Assembly (NCBI GenBank): GCA_030390025.1
Contig: CM059440.1
Span: forward strand, 26,288,001 to 26,352,000
Source of the DNA: Squalus acanthias
Taxonomy: Eukaryota
DNA: 64,000 bases
Direction: 5' to 3'
Shown here: one piece after another, positions 61,225 to 64,000 of the stretch
How the letters are laid out: the number at the start of each line of letters is the position of its first letter
Position numbering within the stretch: position 1 is the stretch's first letter
Position numbers and translations under genes: made by a program
The notes under the pieces: model-generated
The model's database searches: none
What the model was told of the DNA's origin: nothing
Seen by the model: the letters and a program-made list of their open reading frames with translations, nothing else

Positions 61225-63139
61225 ATATAAAAACAGAAAATGCTGGAGATACTCAGCAGGTCAGGCAGCATCTGTGGAGAGAGAAACAGAGTTAACGTTT
61301 CAGGTCGATGACCTTTCGTCAGAACTGGAAAAAAGCAGGATATGGAACAGATTTTTAAGCAAGTGTAGAGGCTGGGAAAGCGGGGAGGGGATGAAAGAAC
61401 AAAAGGGAAGGTCTGTGATAGACTAGAAGGCAGGAGAGGTTAAGAGACATTAAGAGAGATTCAAGGCAAAAGGAGATGGCAATGGGACAGGTTAAGAAAC
61501 AAAGGATGGCTCTAGATGAAGTGTAAATTGCGCTGGCAGAATGAAAGACAGCTGCCATGTGGGAGAGAAGAAAAAAAGACACAGACAAAAAGTGTGGATA
61601 AAAAATATATATATGATAGGGGCCGAGGTTATGATCTGAAATTGTTGAACTCTATGTTGAGTCCAGAAGGCTGTAAAGTGCCTAATTGAAAGATGAGGTG
61701 CTGTTCCTCGAGCTTACGCTGAGCTTCAGTGGAACAATGCAAGAGGCCGAGGACGGTGAGGTCAGAGTGGGAGTGGAGCGGAGAATTAAAGTGACAGGCC
61801 ACCGGAAGCTCGGGGGTCCCCCTTACGGACTGAACAGAGGTGTTCCGCAAAGCGGTCACCCAATCTGCGTTTGGTCTCCCCAATGTAGAGGAGACCGCAT
61901 CGTGAGCAGCGAATACAGTATACTAAATTGCAAGAAGTACAAGTAAATCGCTGTTTCACCTGGAAGGGGTGTTTGGGGCCCTGGAGAGTGGGAAGGGGGG
62001 AGGTATAAGGGCATGTGTTGCATCTCCTGCGCTTGCACGGGAAGGTGCCGGGCGAAGGGGAAGGGGTGTTGTGGGTGATAGAGGAGTGGACTAGGGTGTC
62101 GCGGAGGGAGCGGTCCCTTCGCAATGCTGAAAGGGGAGGTGAGGGGAAGATGTGTTTAGTGGTGGGATCACGCTGGAGGTGGCGGAAATGGCGGAGGATG
62201 ATCCGTTGAATGTGGAGGCTGGTGGGGTGAAAGGTGAGGACAAGGGGAACTCTGTCATGGTTCCGGGAGGGAGGGGCAGGGGTGAGGGCAGAAGTGCGGG
62301 AGATAGAACGGACACGGTCAAGGGTCGTGTCAACCACAGCAGAGGGGAATCCTCGTATGAGGAAAAAGGAAGACATGTCGGAAGTACTGGTATGGAAGGT
62401 GGCATTGTCAGAGCAGATGCGGCGGTGACAGAGAAACTGGGAGAATGGAATAGAGTCCTTACAGGAAGCAGGGTGGGAGGAAGTGTAGTCCAGGTAGCTG
62501 TGGGAGTCAGTGGGCTTGTAGTGAATGTTTGTCAATAACCTATCCCCAGAGATGGAGACGGAGAAGTCGAAGAAGGGAAGAGTTGGAGATGGACCATGTG
62601 AAGGTGAGGGAAGGGTGGAAATTGGAAGCAAAGGGAATGAAATTATCTAGTTCAGGGCGAGAGCAGGAAATGGCACCGATACAGTCATCAATGTACCGGA
62701 AAAAGAGGTGAGGGAGGGGACCTGAGTAGGACTGGAACAAAGAGTGTTCCACATATCCCACGAAAAGGCAGGTATAGCTAGGACCCATGCGGGTTCCCAT
62801 AGCAACACCTTTGATTTGGAGGAAGTGAGTGGAGTCAAAGGAGAAGTTGTTCAATGTGAGAACAAGTTCAGCCAGGCGGAGGAGGGTGGTGGTGGATGGG
62901 GACTGGTTGGGCCTCTGTTCAAGGAAGAAGCGGAGTGCCTTCAGGCCATCCTGGTGGGGGATGGAGGTGTAGAGGGATTGTACGTCCATAGTGAAAAGGA
63001 GGCGGTTGGGGCCAGGAAACTGGAAACTGTTAAAGTGGCGGAGGGCGTCGGAAGAGTCGTGGATGTAGGTGGGAAGAGACTGGACAAGGGGAGAAAAAAT
63101 AGAGTCGAGATACGAAGAGATAAGTTCCGTGGGGCAAGA
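61225..63139 (-). mobile_element. Penelope-like retroelement (RT + GIY-YIG endonuclease), 5'-truncated and frameshifted
   Basis: MDVQSLYTSIPH, QIKGVAMGT and FFRYIDD (PLE RT); CKRRRCNTC...LVYCIRCSRCGLLYIGETKRRL..RFAEH (GIY-YIG); 13-bp TSD acactaatctctt at 61212-61224 and 63140-63152. Confidence 0.93.
61290..61326 (-). ncRNA. Minimal type I hammerhead ribozyme motif in the PLE 3' terminal region
   Basis: 37-nt motif identical to 60917-60953. Confidence 0.78.
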
Positions 63140-64000
63140 ACACTAATCTCTTCCCTGGTAACATTGTCTCATAGGTCAGTGAGCTTCTGTGTGAACTAGC
63201 TATGCCTGCATTCCCTGCTTGCTCCTAATTTCTAGGTTCTTCATCAGCCCAGATCTAACTTCTCAATCTTCTTCATTATTGAAAACTGCTTCTTGGTCAA
63301 CTTGAAATCTCTTTCCCAACCAGAACAATCCCAGTTTCCCCGACCTTTTGTGAGCCCTCGAAGATTCAGATGGGGATTGGAATCTGGAAGTGCTTGTTCC
63401 AAACTGAGACTGAATTTAATGATGCCTCTTATTCCTCCTGGAAATCATCAACCGAATGGAAACGTTGTATTTGTTCAGTTTCTGCTCCGCACTCCACCCT
63501 CAGCTGTGTAAACACAGAAGCTGCGGTTTCCCAAAGCCAAGGTTGGGTTCTGGCTGGGTACCAACCTGCAGCTGTGGGTGTCTGCAGTTCTACTTTGTCA
63601 ATTCTCCTGGCTAGAGGAATCGGCTATCAAACCACACATCATTCTCCCAGTGGGGGGCAGAATCTCCTACTACAAACTCCAGTATCCCACTCAGATATAG
63701 AACTTGCTGGTTTACTCTCTCCCACTGCTCCTGTAATTGGCCAAGGTCTATTTTCCACTCACTTTCCCAACTGTGTGTTCTCTTCCATTCTTATGGATTC
63801 TGTTTTCCTCGTCCCTACCACCATCCCCTTCTCATTCTCCCATTTTCTCTTCCTCTCCAGTTTGAAGGGTCTACGATTCTATTATTTCACTTAACTGGAG
63901 GTAAAAGGCTATCAAGAGAGACAAAAGTCTTTGTCTTGTATTGGATGTTTATTCATCAGTAATCCATGTCAAGCATCCCAACTCCATTGGTTAAATTGGT

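Noticed and set aside
236-63894. Most short ORFs in the six-frame track
   Set aside because: They are antisense or alternative frames of LINEs and SINEs, or chance ORFs in introns and UTR, with no recognisable domain
63370-63894. 174-aa plus-strand ORF as a gene
   Set aside because: No recognisable domain or splice context; pyrimidine-rich strand of a probably decayed element

Overview
Eukaryotic, vertebrate genomic DNA. The repeat content (CR1 LINEs, Deu-domain SINEs, Penelope-like elements) suggests a cartilaginous fish; this is inference. The + strand carries the 3' part of FOXJ3: nine GT-AG coding exons from 6030 to 42987 that splice in frame to 442 aa ending [13 protein letters not shown]. 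The exons encoding most of the forkhead domain lie upstream of the window. A probable ~8.6 kb 3' UTR follows. Introns and the 3' flank are dense in transposable elements: CR1 LINEs, a second poly(A)-tailed APE-RT LINE family, a Penelope-like element (RT + GIY-YIG), three SINE families and three hAT MITEs with 8-bp TSDs. Most notable: (1) a set of Penelope-derived minimal hammerhead ribozyme motifs, including an intact sense-strand copy with a 14-bp TSD just upstream of a FOXJ3 exon and three head-to-head palindromic derivatives; (2) a LINE whose 5' end is a tRNA-type (Pol III A/B-box) head running directly into the APE endonuclease. Family names come from recognition, not database searches, and boundaries of old repeats are approximate.
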